Assembly: GCA_029856045.1 (NCBI GenBank)
Contig: JAHQWG010000016.1
Coordinates: forward strand, 224,001-288,000
Reading direction: 5' to 3'
Origin: Promethearchaeia archaeon
GTDB taxonomy: Archaea > Asgardarchaeota > Lokiarchaeia > Sigyniarchaeales > SOKP01
Length of the DNA: 64,000 nt
Positions 17,682-31,609 of this stretch are shown one piece after another; position 1 is the stretch's first letter, and every line of letters starts with the position of its first letter. The notes under the pieces were generated by a model. It saw only the letters and a program-made list of their open reading frames with translations, was not told where the DNA came from and ran no database searches. A program made the position numbers and the translations under genes.

Positions 17682-17903
17682 CTATTGTAAAAGGAACATG
17701 ACAATGAAGATAACTACCATCATACCAATTAAAAAATACATCTGAATTTTGGATTTTTTTTTCTTTTTTTTCTCATAAGATTTTGCAGAATCCTTACATC
17801 CTTGACCACAATATTGCTTACCTTCTGGTATAGCCCTTCCACAGACAATACAATGTTCATGGGGACCGTATTTTTTTTGTATTTTTTCTTTCCAACTTGA
17901 CAA
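17682..17903 (-). CDS. DUF2116-like Zn-ribbon membrane protein
   Basis: PH.HC.VCG.AIP....YC...C followed by a Lys run and a TM helix. Confidence 0.85.
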   Translation of the reverse strand: MSSWKEKIQKKYGPHEHCIVCGRAIPEGKQYCGQGCKDSAKSYEKKKKKKSKIQMYFLIGMMVVIFIVMFLLQ

Positions 17904-17963
17904 TAACTTAGACTCCTAATAATAATTATAGATAAATAATAAAATAAAATTAAAAAGGTTTGT

Positions 17964-18680
17964 TCAATTATAACCAGGTTTAATAACCGTACCAATTCCA
18001 GATGGATTTCCATCTAAAATGTTTTTTAGCTGGGTTAAATCCTTCCCCGAAAAAATTCTTACATTTAAATTACTTCTTTTTAATATTTGCAAGGATACAG
18101 CATCAAATATGCGATATTCACCAGCTGCTGCTTGATTATTGCTAGATGATTCCAGAATAAGATTTTGAAGTTCAGTTTTTGTTAATTCATCAAACTTTGT
18201 AGCATCTGGGAATTTCTTTGGATCTTTATTAAAAATGCCTTCAACATCGGTCATAATTAAAAGCTCATCTGCATTTAAAAATTCTGAGACTTCTAATGCA
18301 ACTGAAGTAGTAGATTGACCCGGTTGTAATCCGCCAAGCACCAAAATTTTATTAAATAACATATTTTTTGCTAAATCTTCTATTGTTTCTAATACTATAG
18401 GAAAAGATGCATTTCCCAGTCCTTCAATTATCAATTTAGCATTTAACCTTGAGATGTAAATACCCATTAAATCACATTTTGATTCATTTACGCCAAATTC
18501 CTTGAGTGTTTGAATATATTTTCTAGCAATATTTCCCCCCCCACAAACAATGGCTAAAATATTATCTTTAGATCTGATCAAATCGCAAAACTTTTTAATT
18601 TTTATAGAATTAATATTATCTCCTTTAAATAAAAGGGATCCTCCAATTTTTATAACTCTTTTAAGAGACATTAATTTCAC
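17964..18680 (-). CDS. pyrH: UMP kinase
   Basis: VIKIGGS, VCGGGNIAR, GGLQPGQST and TDVEGIF.KDP. Confidence 0.95.
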   Translation of the reverse strand: MKLMSLKRVIKIGGSLLFKGDNINSIKIKKFCDLIRSKDNILAIVCGGGNIARKYIQTLKEFGVNESKCDLMGIYISRLNAKLIIEGLGNASFPIVLETIEDLAKNMLFNKILVLGGLQPGQSTTSVALEVSEFLNADELLIMTDVEGIFNKDPKKFPDATKFDELTKTELQNLILESSSNNQAAAGEYRIFDAVSLQILKRSNLNVRIFSGKDLTQLKNILDGNPSGIGTVIKPGYN

Positions 18681-18749
18681 AATAACTTATTTAGATTATT
18701 AAAACCTTGTAATATTAATTAGAAAATATATAAAAAAAGCTTTCTATAT

Positions 18750-19709
18750 ATGTCAGTAAATAAATCAGAAATTTTAGTTAAAGTACCTCTCAGAATTTCT
18801 GGGTTTTTTCAAATTGTTGATGAAATTAATGGAGTTAAAATTAAAAACCCAGAGAAAATCGGTTCTCGAGGAGCAGGTTTTTGTTTAACTGCATTTGGAT
18901 ATACAAGAATCTCAATCCAAGATATAGAATCTTCTAAAGAAAATAAAGTTGAAATTTTTATTAATGGACAAGAGCAAACTGAGAATGCACAGACTACATA
19001 CTATATATACTCATATCTAAGGGATTTTTTTAAAAAAAACGTGAAATTGAGAATTGATCACAAATTTGACCTTCCTGTTGGTTGTGGTTATGGAGCAAGC
19101 GGTTCAGGAGCCATTGGTACAGCATTAGGAATTAATTTTCTTATGGATTTAAATTTACCCTATGATGATCTTGGAAAAATTGCTCATATTGCAGAAGTAG
19201 AGAATAAAACTGGATTAGGTACTGTAGCAGGTCTATGGCATGGAGGATTTAGTATAATTTTAAAAGCAGGATTTCCATTTTTTGTAAAAAAAATTTCTTA
19301 TCCTCAAAACTTAAAGATAATATGTGGTACATTTGGTGAAATACAAACCAAATCAATTTTATCAGATCCTTTATTAAGTTCAAAAATAAAAGAGGTTGGA
19401 AAGAAAGCTATGAAAAATATATTAAAATCTCCTGATATTTTCACTTTTTTGGATGAATCCATTAATTTTGTAAAGAAAACAGATTTTTTAAATCTTCTAA
19501 ATCTTTCTGAATGTCAAGAATTAATGAATTCTCTAAATAAACTGAAAAATGTGAAAGCAAGTATGAATCAATTAGGAAAATCAATATTTACTATATGTTT
19601 TCCTGAAGAATTCATTGATATTATTGAAATTTATGAATCCTACAAACCACAAGTTAAAATTTTCGATTTAGAAATAAATCCTAGTGGACCGGTAATTTTA
19701 AATCAGTAA
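18750..19709 (+). CDS. pantoate kinase (GHMP family)
   Basis: ISGFF, GSRGAG, LPVGCGYGASG and AHIAEV...TGLG. Confidence 0.9.
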   Translation: MSVNKSEILVKVPLRISGFFQIVDEINGVKIKNPEKIGSRGAGFCLTAFGYTRISIQDIESSKENKVEIFINGQEQTENAQTTYYIYSYLRDFFKKNVKLRIDHKFDLPVGCGYGASGSGAIGTALGINFLMDLNLPYDDLGKIAHIAEVENKTGLGTVAGLWHGGFSIILKAGFPFFVKKISYPQNLKIICGTFGEIQTKSILSDPLLSSKIKEVGKKAMKNILKSPDIFTFLDESINFVKKTDFLNLLNLSECQELMNSLNKLKNVKASMNQLGKSIFTICFPEEFIDIIEIYESYKPQVKIFDLEINPSGPVILNQ

Positions 19710-19739
19710 TTACTGTAATTTGATTTAAAAATTATATTT

Positions 19740-21011
19740 TTAAAAATCAATTATAAATCTTAATATTCCTACAACCCCACCAAAAGTGTGTAGTATCATC
19801 TCCCCATCTTCTGTGTTTGTAGATATAATTTCAATATTTGTTCCTGAAGTCTCAGCCAATTCGCCTAATTCTTCTATTAATGATTCTTCTTTAGTAATAT
19901 TAAACAAACTAGAATGGCATTTTGGACATGAAGTATTTTGAATTTCTTCCTTTACTTTTTTTAACTTTTCTAATTTCACAGTTCTTGTTTCTGAATATTT
20001 ACATGCCTGGCATTCAATTTTTAAATTAATAAGATCTAAATCCTCTGAGAATATTAAATATTCTAATGATCCATAATTTAAAGCTTTTCTAATCTCCTCT
20101 TCACCATAAACTGCTTTACCTGTTTCTCTTGCTAATTCCCCCAAAAATCTTTGAACAATTTCTTTTTCGCGTATATATTTTACATTTTTAATATCATCTT
20201 TTATTTTTAAAACTAAAGGTCTTATTCCTTCCTTACCACCATAGCCGAGATCAACGGTATTTATAATTTCTTCTCTTAGTCGATAATCTAAACTCCCATC
20301 CTTTACAAATTCATTTTTTGTAAAACCTGGACCACCAATAAAGATCCCTTTTAATTCATCAATATTTAAAAAAACCTCGTTGCAATAATTAGCAACGCGT
20401 CTAATAAATCTTATTTTTCCTTCTTCTATAAGCCGAGAGAATCTTACCGATGATTGACCTCCAGCTCTATGTTTACTATGTGTTCCAGAGGTAAAATCCT
20501 TTAAAATTTTTATATAACTTCCTTTCAAATATCCAACGGCTGCTTCCCCTCTATCAATAACAATCAAACCATATACATCATGTTCCTCTACCATATATTC
20601 TAAAGGTTCTAAAAAAAATTCACTAGCACAATGATACTTGAAGATAGTAACTTTTTCAGGAGGCTCTAATAAATAGATCTCATTTTTTTCCGTACCTGGA
20701 GCATTTCCTTGTGGTATTGCTCCAGAAAACATTATAAATCCATTTTCAGGAATTTCTTTAAAATTTTTTAACTGCCCTTGTAAACTTGCAATGCTATCTA
20801 AAACATTCTTTCGAGTTAATTTTGACTTGATATTTTGACTTTCAGCAATCTCGTTTTTAAGATAATTGGTAACGTCTGAAAGTTTTCGATCATGGGGGAT
20901 GTATAAACTAATTAATTCTGTATGAAAGCCTTTCTTTTTACGTAAAAAATCTAATAATTTTTTTGTCTTAAATCTCTTTAAGTCTTGACTCTTTATTGAT
21001 CTTTCTGACAT
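19740..21011 (-). CDS. prf1: peptide chain release factor aRF1
   Basis: TELISLYIP, NIKS, YHCASEF and GGQS; Zn-ribbon insert CQAC..CPKC. Confidence 0.97.
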   Translation of the reverse strand: MSERSIKSQDLKRFKTKKLLDFLRKKKGFHTELISLYIPHDRKLSDVTNYLKNEIAESQNIKSKLTRKNVLDSIASLQGQLKNFKEIPENGFIMFSGAIPQGNAPGTEKNEIYLLEPPEKVTIFKYHCASEFFLEPLEYMVEEHDVYGLIVIDRGEAAVGYLKGSYIKILKDFTSGTHSKHRAGGQSSVRFSRLIEEGKIRFIRRVANYCNEVFLNIDELKGIFIGGPGFTKNEFVKDGSLDYRLREEIINTVDLGYGGKEGIRPLVLKIKDDIKNVKYIREKEIVQRFLGELARETGKAVYGEEEIRKALNYGSLEYLIFSEDLDLINLKIECQACKYSETRTVKLEKLKKVKEEIQNTSCPKCHSSLFNITKEESLIEELGELAETSGTNIEIISTNTEDGEMILHTFGGVVGILRFIIDF

Positions 21012-21078
21012 TTAATAACCTTACTAAAAAAATATCTGTAATAAAATTAATATTTTTTTATATTTTATTATATTTAAG

Positions 21079-21882
21079 ATGAACCAACCGAATGAAGATA
21101 TTGACTTCATCCCAGATTCACATCCTCGTGCAAAATCTCTTAGAGAAAGACACAAAATAATAAAAGGAATGAAAAATTCAGTAGTTGCAGAAGCCGGATT
21201 AATTGCTCATGGTAGAGGTGAAGCTTTTGATTACATTCTTGGAGAAAAAACAAATCCACCGGCGGTAAAAGCAATGAATGCTGCTATAGCTATGTTAATA
21301 CTTGCAAAAAATCCTATAATAAGTGTAAATGGAAATACAGCAGTATTAATTTCTAAGGAATTAGTTAAGTTATCCAAAATGCTCAATTCTAAATTAGAAA
21401 TAAATTTATTTTATCGAAAAGAAGGACGAGTTGAAGCGATTAAAAATATGTTAGTAAAGGCAGGTGCAGAAGAAATTTTAGGAATAAACGAAACCGAAAT
21501 GGTCGAGATTGAAGAATTGATGAGTAATCGTAGAAGAGTTGACCCTAATGGAATAAAAATCGCAGATGTGGTATTTGTTCCCTTAGAAGATGGTGATAGA
21601 ACAGAAGCATTGAAGAAATTAGGAAAAAAAGTGATTGCAGTTGATCTTAATCCATTAAGTCGAACATCCATTAATGCTGATATAACTATTGTAGATAACA
21701 TAATCCGAGTAGTACCTAAAATGATTGAGATCGCCAAGAAATTAAAGGAGTATACCAAAAAAAGATTAAATGAAATAATATTAAAATTTAATAATAAAAA
21801 AAATATTAACACTATGTTAAATTTAATAAAAGAATATCTAGAAAAACAAAAAGAAGATACTTTCAAAATATTAGAGTATTAG
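21079..21882 (+). CDS. 4-phosphopantoate--beta-alanine ligase (phosphopantothenate synthetase)
   Basis: IP.SHPR..SL, GLIAHGRGEAFDY, ISVNGN, VPLEDGDR and DLNPLSRT. Confidence 0.95.
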   Translation: MNQPNEDIDFIPDSHPRAKSLRERHKIIKGMKNSVVAEAGLIAHGRGEAFDYILGEKTNPPAVKAMNAAIAMLILAKNPIISVNGNTAVLISKELVKLSKMLNSKLEINLFYRKEGRVEAIKNMLVKAGAEEILGINETEMVEIEELMSNRRRVDPNGIKIADVVFVPLEDGDRTEALKKLGKKVIAVDLNPLSRTSINADITIVDNIIRVVPKMIEIAKKLKEYTKKRLNEIILKFNNKKNINTMLNLIKEYLEKQKEDTFKILEY

Positions 21883-21968
21883 CCTAATATTATGGAAATA
21901 AAAAAAAAATCATTATTTAAATTAAAAAAAAAATTTATATCTAGTAAATCTTTAAATATATTAAGAAC

Positions 21969-22517
21969 ATGGTTATTGATAATAAATTTTATTTGCACAC
22001 ATTATATCACGATAAAGAAGATAACTTCTTTGAAGTAGTTCCATGTCAAATAAATGATATAAATAAAGTAGAAAAAATAAATAAGGAGACATTACCAGAA
22101 AATTATCCTTATTTTTTCTATAAAAGTATTTTAGACTCATTTTCGAATACCTTTTTAGTAGCTAAGTTAAAAGGAGAGATAAATAAAATCATTGGATATA
22201 TTATGTGGCGTATCGAAAAAGGAATTTCTAATTTTGGACTTAAGGTTGTAAGGAAAGGACATTTAGTTTCTATAGCAGTTGACAAAAAATTTCAAGGAAG
22301 AGGAGTCGGAACGGTATTATTAGCAAAAAGTTTACTTCAAGTAAAAAAATTTGATGTTCAAGAATTTGTTCTTGAAGTGAGATTATCAAACTTTAAAGCC
22401 ATAAATCTTTATCAGAGAAAACTACATTTTGAAAAACAAAGAATATTAAAAAATTATTACAAAGATGGGGAAAACGCATACTTTATGGCTCTTCAAGCAG
22501 ATTTAATTGAAGAATAA
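21969..22517 (+). CDS. RimI/Ard1-type N-terminal acetyltransferase
   Basis: LPENY, GHLVSIAV....QGRGVG, LEVR.SN and YYKDGE.A. Confidence 0.92.
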   Translation: MVIDNKFYLHTLYHDKEDNFFEVVPCQINDINKVEKINKETLPENYPYFFYKSILDSFSNTFLVAKLKGEINKIIGYIMWRIEKGISNFGLKVVRKGHLVSIAVDKKFQGRGVGTVLLAKSLLQVKKFDVQEFVLEVRLSNFKAINLYQRKLHFEKQRILKNYYKDGENAYFMALQADLIEE

Positions 22518-22525
22518 ATTAATAA

Positions 22526-23551
22526 TTAATCATTAGCTTTTTCTAATCCATGAATCAAATATGACACAACTTCATTAATACTAACATCCACACCCAATTG
22601 TTTTCCATAAGATACTATTTTTTCATTAATAAAAGAGATTTCAGTTTTATTCTTACCACTTAAGATATCCTGAAGCATAGAATTTTTATTCATTGCAGTT
22701 TTTTTAGCAATCTCTAACATAATTTTAACATAATTTTTTGCCTTAAGTTCAATCCCCTTTTTCTTAGCGACTTTCACTGCTTCTATAACGGCTCGTTCCA
22801 TAATATCCCTTAACCCTTTAATTTTAAGTAAATCTCCATTTCTTAAACCAGTTAAAGCTCCAAATGAATTAATTCCAACATTGATAAAAATCTTTTCCCA
22901 ACAGACACTTTCTATATTATCAACTATTTCTGTTTCTAAATTAGCTAAACTTAGAATAGTTTTCAAGGTTTCAAGGTTTTTCTTATCTTCTTTATTTATT
23001 TTAACCGTTTCTTTTTCCGAATTCTCTATTTTTATAAAACCAATTTTGGTGATACCTTCCCCTGTACGCATTACATAGCCATCTCTTTCCATTAATGCAC
23101 CATTACTTGTGACTGCTCTCAAAATTTTAAGATGTGAGATTTTTTTTTTAACTATTTCTTCGTTTCCTATCCCATTTTGAAGTATTATAAAATATTTAGA
23201 ATTTTTTATAATCTCATAATATTCATCTATTACAGATTCAAGATCATAAGTTTTAGTTGTTAAAAAGAGATACTGAAATGGAAATTTATCATCAATATTT
23301 AGATGATTTGGATATTTTGGTTTAGTATAAATATTTAGGTTTAATAGGTTCTCTTTTTTACCGTCTTGTTCGATTATTAAACCATGATCTCTAATTGCTT
23401 TTTTATATCTTTCACGTGTATATAAATACACATTTATTGTGACATTATTATATTTTACTTTAGAAATATTCCCTCCGAAAAGACATCCAATTGCTCCAGC
23501 TCCAATAATTCCAATATTAATACCATCTGTCATGAAAAACAGTCTTTCCAA
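22526..23551 (-). CDS. panE: 2-dehydropantoate 2-reductase
   Basis: IGAGAIG, TKTYD, LQNGIG, WEK..IN and SMLQD....KTEI. Confidence 0.93.
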   Translation of the reverse strand: MERLFFMTDGINIGIIGAGAIGCLFGGNISKVKYNNVTINVYLYTRERYKKAIRDHGLIIEQDGKKENLLNLNIYTKPKYPNHLNIDDKFPFQYLFLTTKTYDLESVIDEYYEIIKNSKYFIILQNGIGNEEIVKKKISHLKILRAVTSNGALMERDGYVMRTGEGITKIGFIKIENSEKETVKINKEDKKNLETLKTILSLANLETEIVDNIESVCWEKIFINVGINSFGALTGLRNGDLLKIKGLRDIMERAVIEAVKVAKKKGIELKAKNYVKIMLEIAKKTAMNKNSMLQDILSGKNKTEISFINEKIVSYGKQLGVDVSINEVVSYLIHGLEKAND

Positions 23552-23570
23552 CTTTTATAATCTTTTTTTT

Positions 23571-24431
23571 TTAAAAAAATTTCTCTAAATCTGTTTGACT
23601 TTTAGGAATAGCTCCTGATTTTTTTTTAATTTTAGTCAATTTAATACTCCCGAGAGAATTTCTGGGATTAATTTTCAGCTCCTTCATAAATACCAATGAA
23701 TTTTTAGGTGCATATCCTGAAAAGTGGTTATTAAAATAAATACCAATTTGTTTAACCTTGCCAAATAATTTCTTAATTTCTTTAGCCCATTTTTCAATCT
23801 CTGTATTCGAAAAATTATAATTAAACCATGGTTTAGTCCCATATCCATGAAATCTAATATAAGACAAATTTGGATTTGTTATATCCATTCTAGGAGGTAA
23901 AAGTGGTTCTATCACTCCACAATAGGTTATTTGGTTTTCTTTTAAAAATGAAAAAATTTCATCATCCATCCAAGATTTATGCCTAAATTCGATTACTCGT
24001 TCGTATTTTTCTGAACGATTCCAATACTCAATAAAATCTTTTAAATCTTTAAAATTATCCTCTTTATTAAATGAAGGGGGTAATTGTAATAAAAGTGCTA
24101 AAAGTCTATTTGAATCAATTAATGGTTCTATAACATCTAAAAATTTTTTTAATATAGATGAACATTTATCCAAATTTAACTTAAATTGATGTGTAACGTC
24201 TCGGGGAATTTTTGCAGAAAAAATAAAATCATCAGGTGTATTTTTAACCCATTTTTTGATTGTTTTTTGAAGGGGGATTTGATAAAACGTAGTATTAATT
24301 TCAGTTGTATAATATATTTCAGAATAATATAATAAAAACTCATTTGGTTCTAATATACGAGGATAAAAAACCCCTTTCCATTCTGAGTAACCCCATCCTG
24401 AAGTTCCAACATAAATTTTGTCCATAATCAT
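23571..24431 (-). CDS. DUF72 family protein
   Basis: VGTSGW.Y..W.G.FYP, EINTTFY, LQLPPSF, EFRH.SW and YIRFHG. Confidence 0.93.
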   Translation of the reverse strand: MIMDKIYVGTSGWGYSEWKGVFYPRILEPNEFLLYYSEIYYTTEINTTFYQIPLQKTIKKWVKNTPDDFIFSAKIPRDVTHQFKLNLDKCSSILKKFLDVIEPLIDSNRLLALLLQLPPSFNKEDNFKDLKDFIEYWNRSEKYERVIEFRHKSWMDDEIFSFLKENQITYCGVIEPLLPPRMDITNPNLSYIRFHGYGTKPWFNYNFSNTEIEKWAKEIKKLFGKVKQIGIYFNNHFSGYAPKNSLVFMKELKINPRNSLGSIKLTKIKKKSGAIPKSQTDLEKFF

Positions 24432-24866
24432 TAAAACCTAATTAATATTTATTATCTCTTTAAGAATATAAAAAACATAAAATTTATAATTTCAAAGATC
24501 TTTTAATACTATGTTAGTATTAAATTTATAAGTTATTGGGAGCAAACTATTTCATCCTCGCCCCAAAAAGGGATGCAATATCCTAATAACTAGCACAAAT
24601 ATCATGGAAGAAAATCAAAAATCTCGGGGCATTTGATTTATCGGGAAATGATGTTTAAGCTAGGCACAAGGAATTTAAAATTTTTATAATTACATAATAA
24701 TTAACTTGGAAATACACTTTAGAATATTAAGAATTTTGATAATTATTGATTTTTTTAACTCCAAGCTTTCCATATATCTCTTAATCTTGTGCTCATAGGA
24801 ATATATTCTTCCAAACAGGTAATCGTCTTAGGTATTAAAAATATTTAAGAAATTAAATAAAACAAA

Positions 24867-24895
24867 CTAATCCTAAATATAAGCACTCTAAATCT
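24867..24895 (+). promoter_or_regulatory. 5' strand of the 23S pre-rRNA bulge-helix-bulge processing stem (partner at 28075-28103)
   Basis: CTAATCCTAAATAT-AAGC-ACT-CTAAATCT pairs with AGATTTAG-GCTT-AGA-ATATTTAGGATTAG, giving a 4-bp helix flanked by two 3-nt bulges. Confidence 0.9.
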
Positions 24896-24907
24896 TCCTC
24901 TGAGTAT

Positions 24908-28059
<3,152 letters not shown>

Positions 28060-28074
28060 TGAAAGGTGGATCAT

Positions 28075-28103
28075 AGATTTAGGCTTAGAATATTTAGGAT
28101 TAG
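28075..28103 (+). promoter_or_regulatory. 3' strand of the 23S BHB processing stem
   Basis: Complementary to 24867-24895. An outer stem also pairs 24796-24818 with 28123-28144. Confidence 0.9.
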
Positions 28104-28370
28104 AAATGGTGTAAAGATGATTCTGTTGGAAGAATATATTCCTAAATTTATTTTTTATTTCTATTTTAGTATTCCAATAATCATCTTTTTTCCAAAAAAT
28201 TTAATTATAATCCCAAAATAATTGTTCTAAATAATAAATTTCAAGAAAACATCAAATTTTTTTAAGTAATATCATAAATGCCAACCGACAAAAAACTTTT
28301 ATACTAATCTTTTGGGGACATTTCAATATTATAATAGGAAAAATTAGAAATAATTGAGGATTCAATTTTT

Positions 28371-29135
28371 ATGGCAGATGTTCACAATAAAAGTTTTTTT
28401 GGTCAAAAGGTTGGAATGATATTATCTAGTAGATCGAAAACAGATCCATTTATCTTTCTTAAGTTTCTGAAGAAAAAGGCAAATAATGAATGGGAAAAAC
28501 CATCAAAGGGAGAAGGAAAGACAATAAAAATCTCAATCGAAGAAATGATTACAATTATAAGCGTACTTTACAGGAAACTTCCTAAATGGAGTGGTTTTCA
28601 TTCATTTAAACAAGGGAAGACTTCAATAAACTTTAATTGGGATGAAAAGGATGAATTATTGTGGATTAGAGTTGATGAATATGCAAAAAGTTTAAGATTT
28701 CCACAAACTGAATTTTTAAAATTATTAATTGAACATTTAATAAAAGAAAAAATTTCATTTGCAACTTCTGGAAATACGACTTTAAACAAAAAAGAATCAT
28801 CAGATAAGAATTCTGAAGATTATCATGAATCTTTTGAAAGTCAATCTTTTTTTGAAAATATTAATGATTTAAATAATAACGAAAACAAGAAAGCTACTGT
28901 CGAGCAATACATGATTAATGGCAATAATGATAAAAAAAAGAATACTCCTAAACAAATAATTAAAGCAAGAGTTAAAAAAGTGACAGATAAAGCAGTGTTA
29001 CTTATATTTGTGAATGGAAAAGAAGTTTGGCTCCCCAAGAGTACAATTTATTGCGATTTCGATCCCAAATTAAATACACATGAGCAAGAGTTTCTTATTG
29101 AAAATTGGATTTTGGAGAAAAATCTTATCGTTTAA
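28371..29135 (+). CDS. hypothetical two-domain protein (possible nucleic-acid binding)
   Basis: Beta-rich N-terminal domain, low-complexity linker and C-terminal VTDKAVLL...EVWLPKS domain. Confidence 0.7.
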   Translation: MADVHNKSFFGQKVGMILSSRSKTDPFIFLKFLKKKANNEWEKPSKGEGKTIKISIEEMITIISVLYRKLPKWSGFHSFKQGKTSINFNWDEKDELLWIRVDEYAKSLRFPQTEFLKLLIEHLIKEKISFATSGNTTLNKKESSDKNSEDYHESFESQSFFENINDLNNNENKKATVEQYMINGNNDKKKNTPKQIIKARVKKVTDKAVLLIFVNGKEVWLPKSTIYCDFDPKLNTHEQEFLIENWILEKNLIV

Positions 29136-29181
29136 TAATTAAATCAAAATCTTTTTTTTTTTAATTTGCAATACATTATTT

Positions 29182-29976
29182 ATGAAGAAATTAGTTTGTC
29201 TCAAACCATCTCAAAGTAAAAGATTAATTGCGATATTAATAGCACGTCTTCCAATGATTCAAGAAAAAATGCAAAAGGGAAATATTTTTGTAACAAAAGG
29301 AACAACTCAAGGATATATACTAGAGGAGTTAATAAAAATTTCAAAGAGTGAATATTCTTTTAAAAAACCCGATTTTGTTGCAGGACAAATAATTCCAACT
29401 GAAGATCATAACGGTATTGGATCACTTTCAGTAAATCCCATATCATGGCCAGAAATTCATTTTAAAGATGGGGAAATAAGGGAAGCTACAGATCGTGTAA
29501 AATGTATTCAACGTTTCAAGAAAGGAGATATTATCCTCAAAGGTGGTAATGCATTAGATTATAATGGTCTAGTTGGTGTGTTTTTAGGAAGTAAAACTGG
29601 AGGATCAATTGGAAGCCTAATAGGATTAATAAAAGCACTCGGACTGAAACTTTTAATTCCAATAACACTTGAAAAATTAATAGATGGTGATGTTGTTGAA
29701 TTATCTGAAATTTTGGGTATGCACGAGATTGATGATCCAGGAAAAAACAGTCTAAAAATTGGTATGATGCCAATATCTGGTACAATAATGAATGAAGTCA
29801 CTGTTTTGGAGTCAATTTTTAATATTAATGCTTATCATGTAGGGAGTGGTGGAGTAGGAGGAATGGAAGGCGCAATCACTTTATTACTTGAAGGAAGTGA
29901 AAGTATAATCGAAGAAATTTCAATTATTTTAGAAAAATTAGAGAATGAGCCAGATTTTAAACCAAATCGACCTTAA
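29182..29976 (+). CDS. conserved hypothetical protein (alpha/beta, Gly-rich)
   Basis: GTT.GY..EE, KGGNALD, GG.IG, P..LEKLI and SGGVGG.EG blocks; function not assigned. Confidence 0.7.
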   Translation: MKKLVCLKPSQSKRLIAILIARLPMIQEKMQKGNIFVTKGTTQGYILEELIKISKSEYSFKKPDFVAGQIIPTEDHNGIGSLSVNPISWPEIHFKDGEIREATDRVKCIQRFKKGDIILKGGNALDYNGLVGVFLGSKTGGSIGSLIGLIKALGLKLLIPITLEKLIDGDVVELSEILGMHEIDDPGKNSLKIGMMPISGTIMNEVTVLESIFNINAYHVGSGGVGGMEGAITLLLEGSESIIEEISIILEKLENEPDFKPNRP

Positions 29977-30064
29977 ATACAGCAAATTTTTATTTCTTTT
30001 TTTTTCTAAGTTTACTTCAACAAACATCTAAAAAAAAAAGGACTTTATAATTGTAGCTATAGAT

Positions 30065-30580
30065 TTGATAATAATTTTGTCAATAACAGAAAACTTAGAT
30101 CATTCTAATTGGTGGGAGGCCGTATTTTTTAATCAAAAAGTAAAGGTTAGAAGTATTATTAGAAATGAAGAAATAGAATATATGAAATTTTTTATGTCTA
30201 AAACCAAAATATATTGTCAAAATATAATTCATTATAAAAATTATATCTTTTTTTTTGTTAAGCCTTATCTTTTTCAGAAAGCAAATAAATATTTAGCACA
30301 ATTAAGATATGCTCTGATCGGAAAAAAGGTTCTTATTATTAAACAAAAAAGACGAATTATTGATTTAATTTATACTTTCTTTCCAAATGTAAATATTCGA
30401 AAACTAGAATTATTAATAAAAAACAATACTGGAGACTTAGAATTGCTCATATTTATCCCCCACTTTAAAGAGAGAGGCATTGCTGTTGGCAAAGCAGGAA
30501 ATTATATAAAAATTGTTAATGAGATATTTGAAGAATTTATTTACCCAGTTAAAATCTCTTGTTTATATTTAAGGGAATAG
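30065..30580 (+). CDS. NusA-like KH-domain protein (divergent)
   Basis: ERGIAVGKAGNYIKIV KH loop. The start is uncertain. Confidence 0.6.
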   Translation: MIIILSITENLDHSNWWEAVFFNQKVKVRSIIRNEEIEYMKFFMSKTKIYCQNIIHYKNYIFFFVKPYLFQKANKYLAQLRYALIGKKVLIIKQKRRIIDLIYTFFPNVNIRKLELLIKNNTGDLELLIFIPHFKERGIAVGKAGNYIKIVNEIFEEFIYPVKISCLYLRE

Positions 30581-30599
30581 AAATTTTTTTACAAAGCGT

Positions 30600-31388
30600 T
30601 TACCAAGGAACGTTCTTTAAACCGATTAAATAAGCTATTGTATTGGCTAATATTGCTACAGATGGAGTTAAGATAAGTAAAAAACTTATTATTAAAATAT
30701 CTAACGGCAAAAAGATTTCTGGCAAAATAAACGAAGGAATAGACGCCATAATCATAGCAAAAATCGCAAAATCAAGTTGGTCTATAATCCATAATGGATT
30801 TCCTCTACTGACATTTAATCTTCTTTTAATAAAAGAACCAATTAAATCTCCAAAAGCTGCACCATAAGCACACAAAAAAATTCTTATAATTATAGTTAAA
30901 TAACCAAAAATTAAATTATCATCAGGTCTAACACCAATAAAATAATATCTATAATAAATCATACTATTATAATATTTATATACACCATTAGCAATTCCTT
31001 CAGAAGGAATGGGCTCAATAAAAGCCCATAAAACAATAAAAAGAAGAAAGATTGCTGCAGAAATTGGAATTCCTATTAAAATTGGTCCTCTAATAAATCC
31101 CTTCCAAGTTTTTCCAGGTCCAAAAATTCGTCTTCCATCAATAAAATTTTTTCCTCCATCAATTGGCTTTCCTCCGCCTATTAAAACCATGCCTGCATTT
31201 GCTAAATAAGCGGGAACTATAAATAATAAAGAAAAAATTAATAATGCAACCCAATCAGTCCATGAAAAAATTAATGAAATTATTAAAAAATCGATAAAAA
31301 TTAAAAAAATGCACACTAAAGCAAGTATAAATGCGATTTTCTTGTTTATTTTTTCCTTCTCATTTAGTTCATTTCTTTTATTTCGCAT
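30600..31388 (-). CDS. carS: CDP-archaeol synthase
   Basis: PAYLAN, PID.GK.F.DGRRIFG.GKTW.G, GD.IGSFIKRR and DQLDF. Confidence 0.95.
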   Translation of the reverse strand: MRNKRNELNEKEKINKKIAFILALVCIFLIFIDFLIISLIFSWTDWVALLIFSLLFIVPAYLANAGMVLIGGGKPIDGGKNFIDGRRIFGPGKTWKGFIRGPILIGIPISAAIFLLFIVLWAFIEPIPSEGIANGVYKYYNSMIYYRYYFIGVRPDDNLIFGYLTIIIRIFLCAYGAAFGDLIGSFIKRRLNVSRGNPLWIIDQLDFAIFAMIMASIPSFILPEIFLPLDILIISFLLILTPSVAILANTIAYLIGLKNVPW

Positions 31389-31609
31389 AAAATTACTTCT
31401 ATGAGATGATTGATTAAATTTAATTTAATATTAATAAATGTTTTAATTAACATAAATTAATAAATTGTCAATATTGAAAAATATCAAATAATTTTCGATT
31501 TAATATTTCTTTTGTTAATTACATAATCGTTGTTTAATAATATCTCTTTATAACCAATTGCCGACAAAAATATAATTATTGTTTATTGATAATTCTTTCT
31601 TACTAAATA

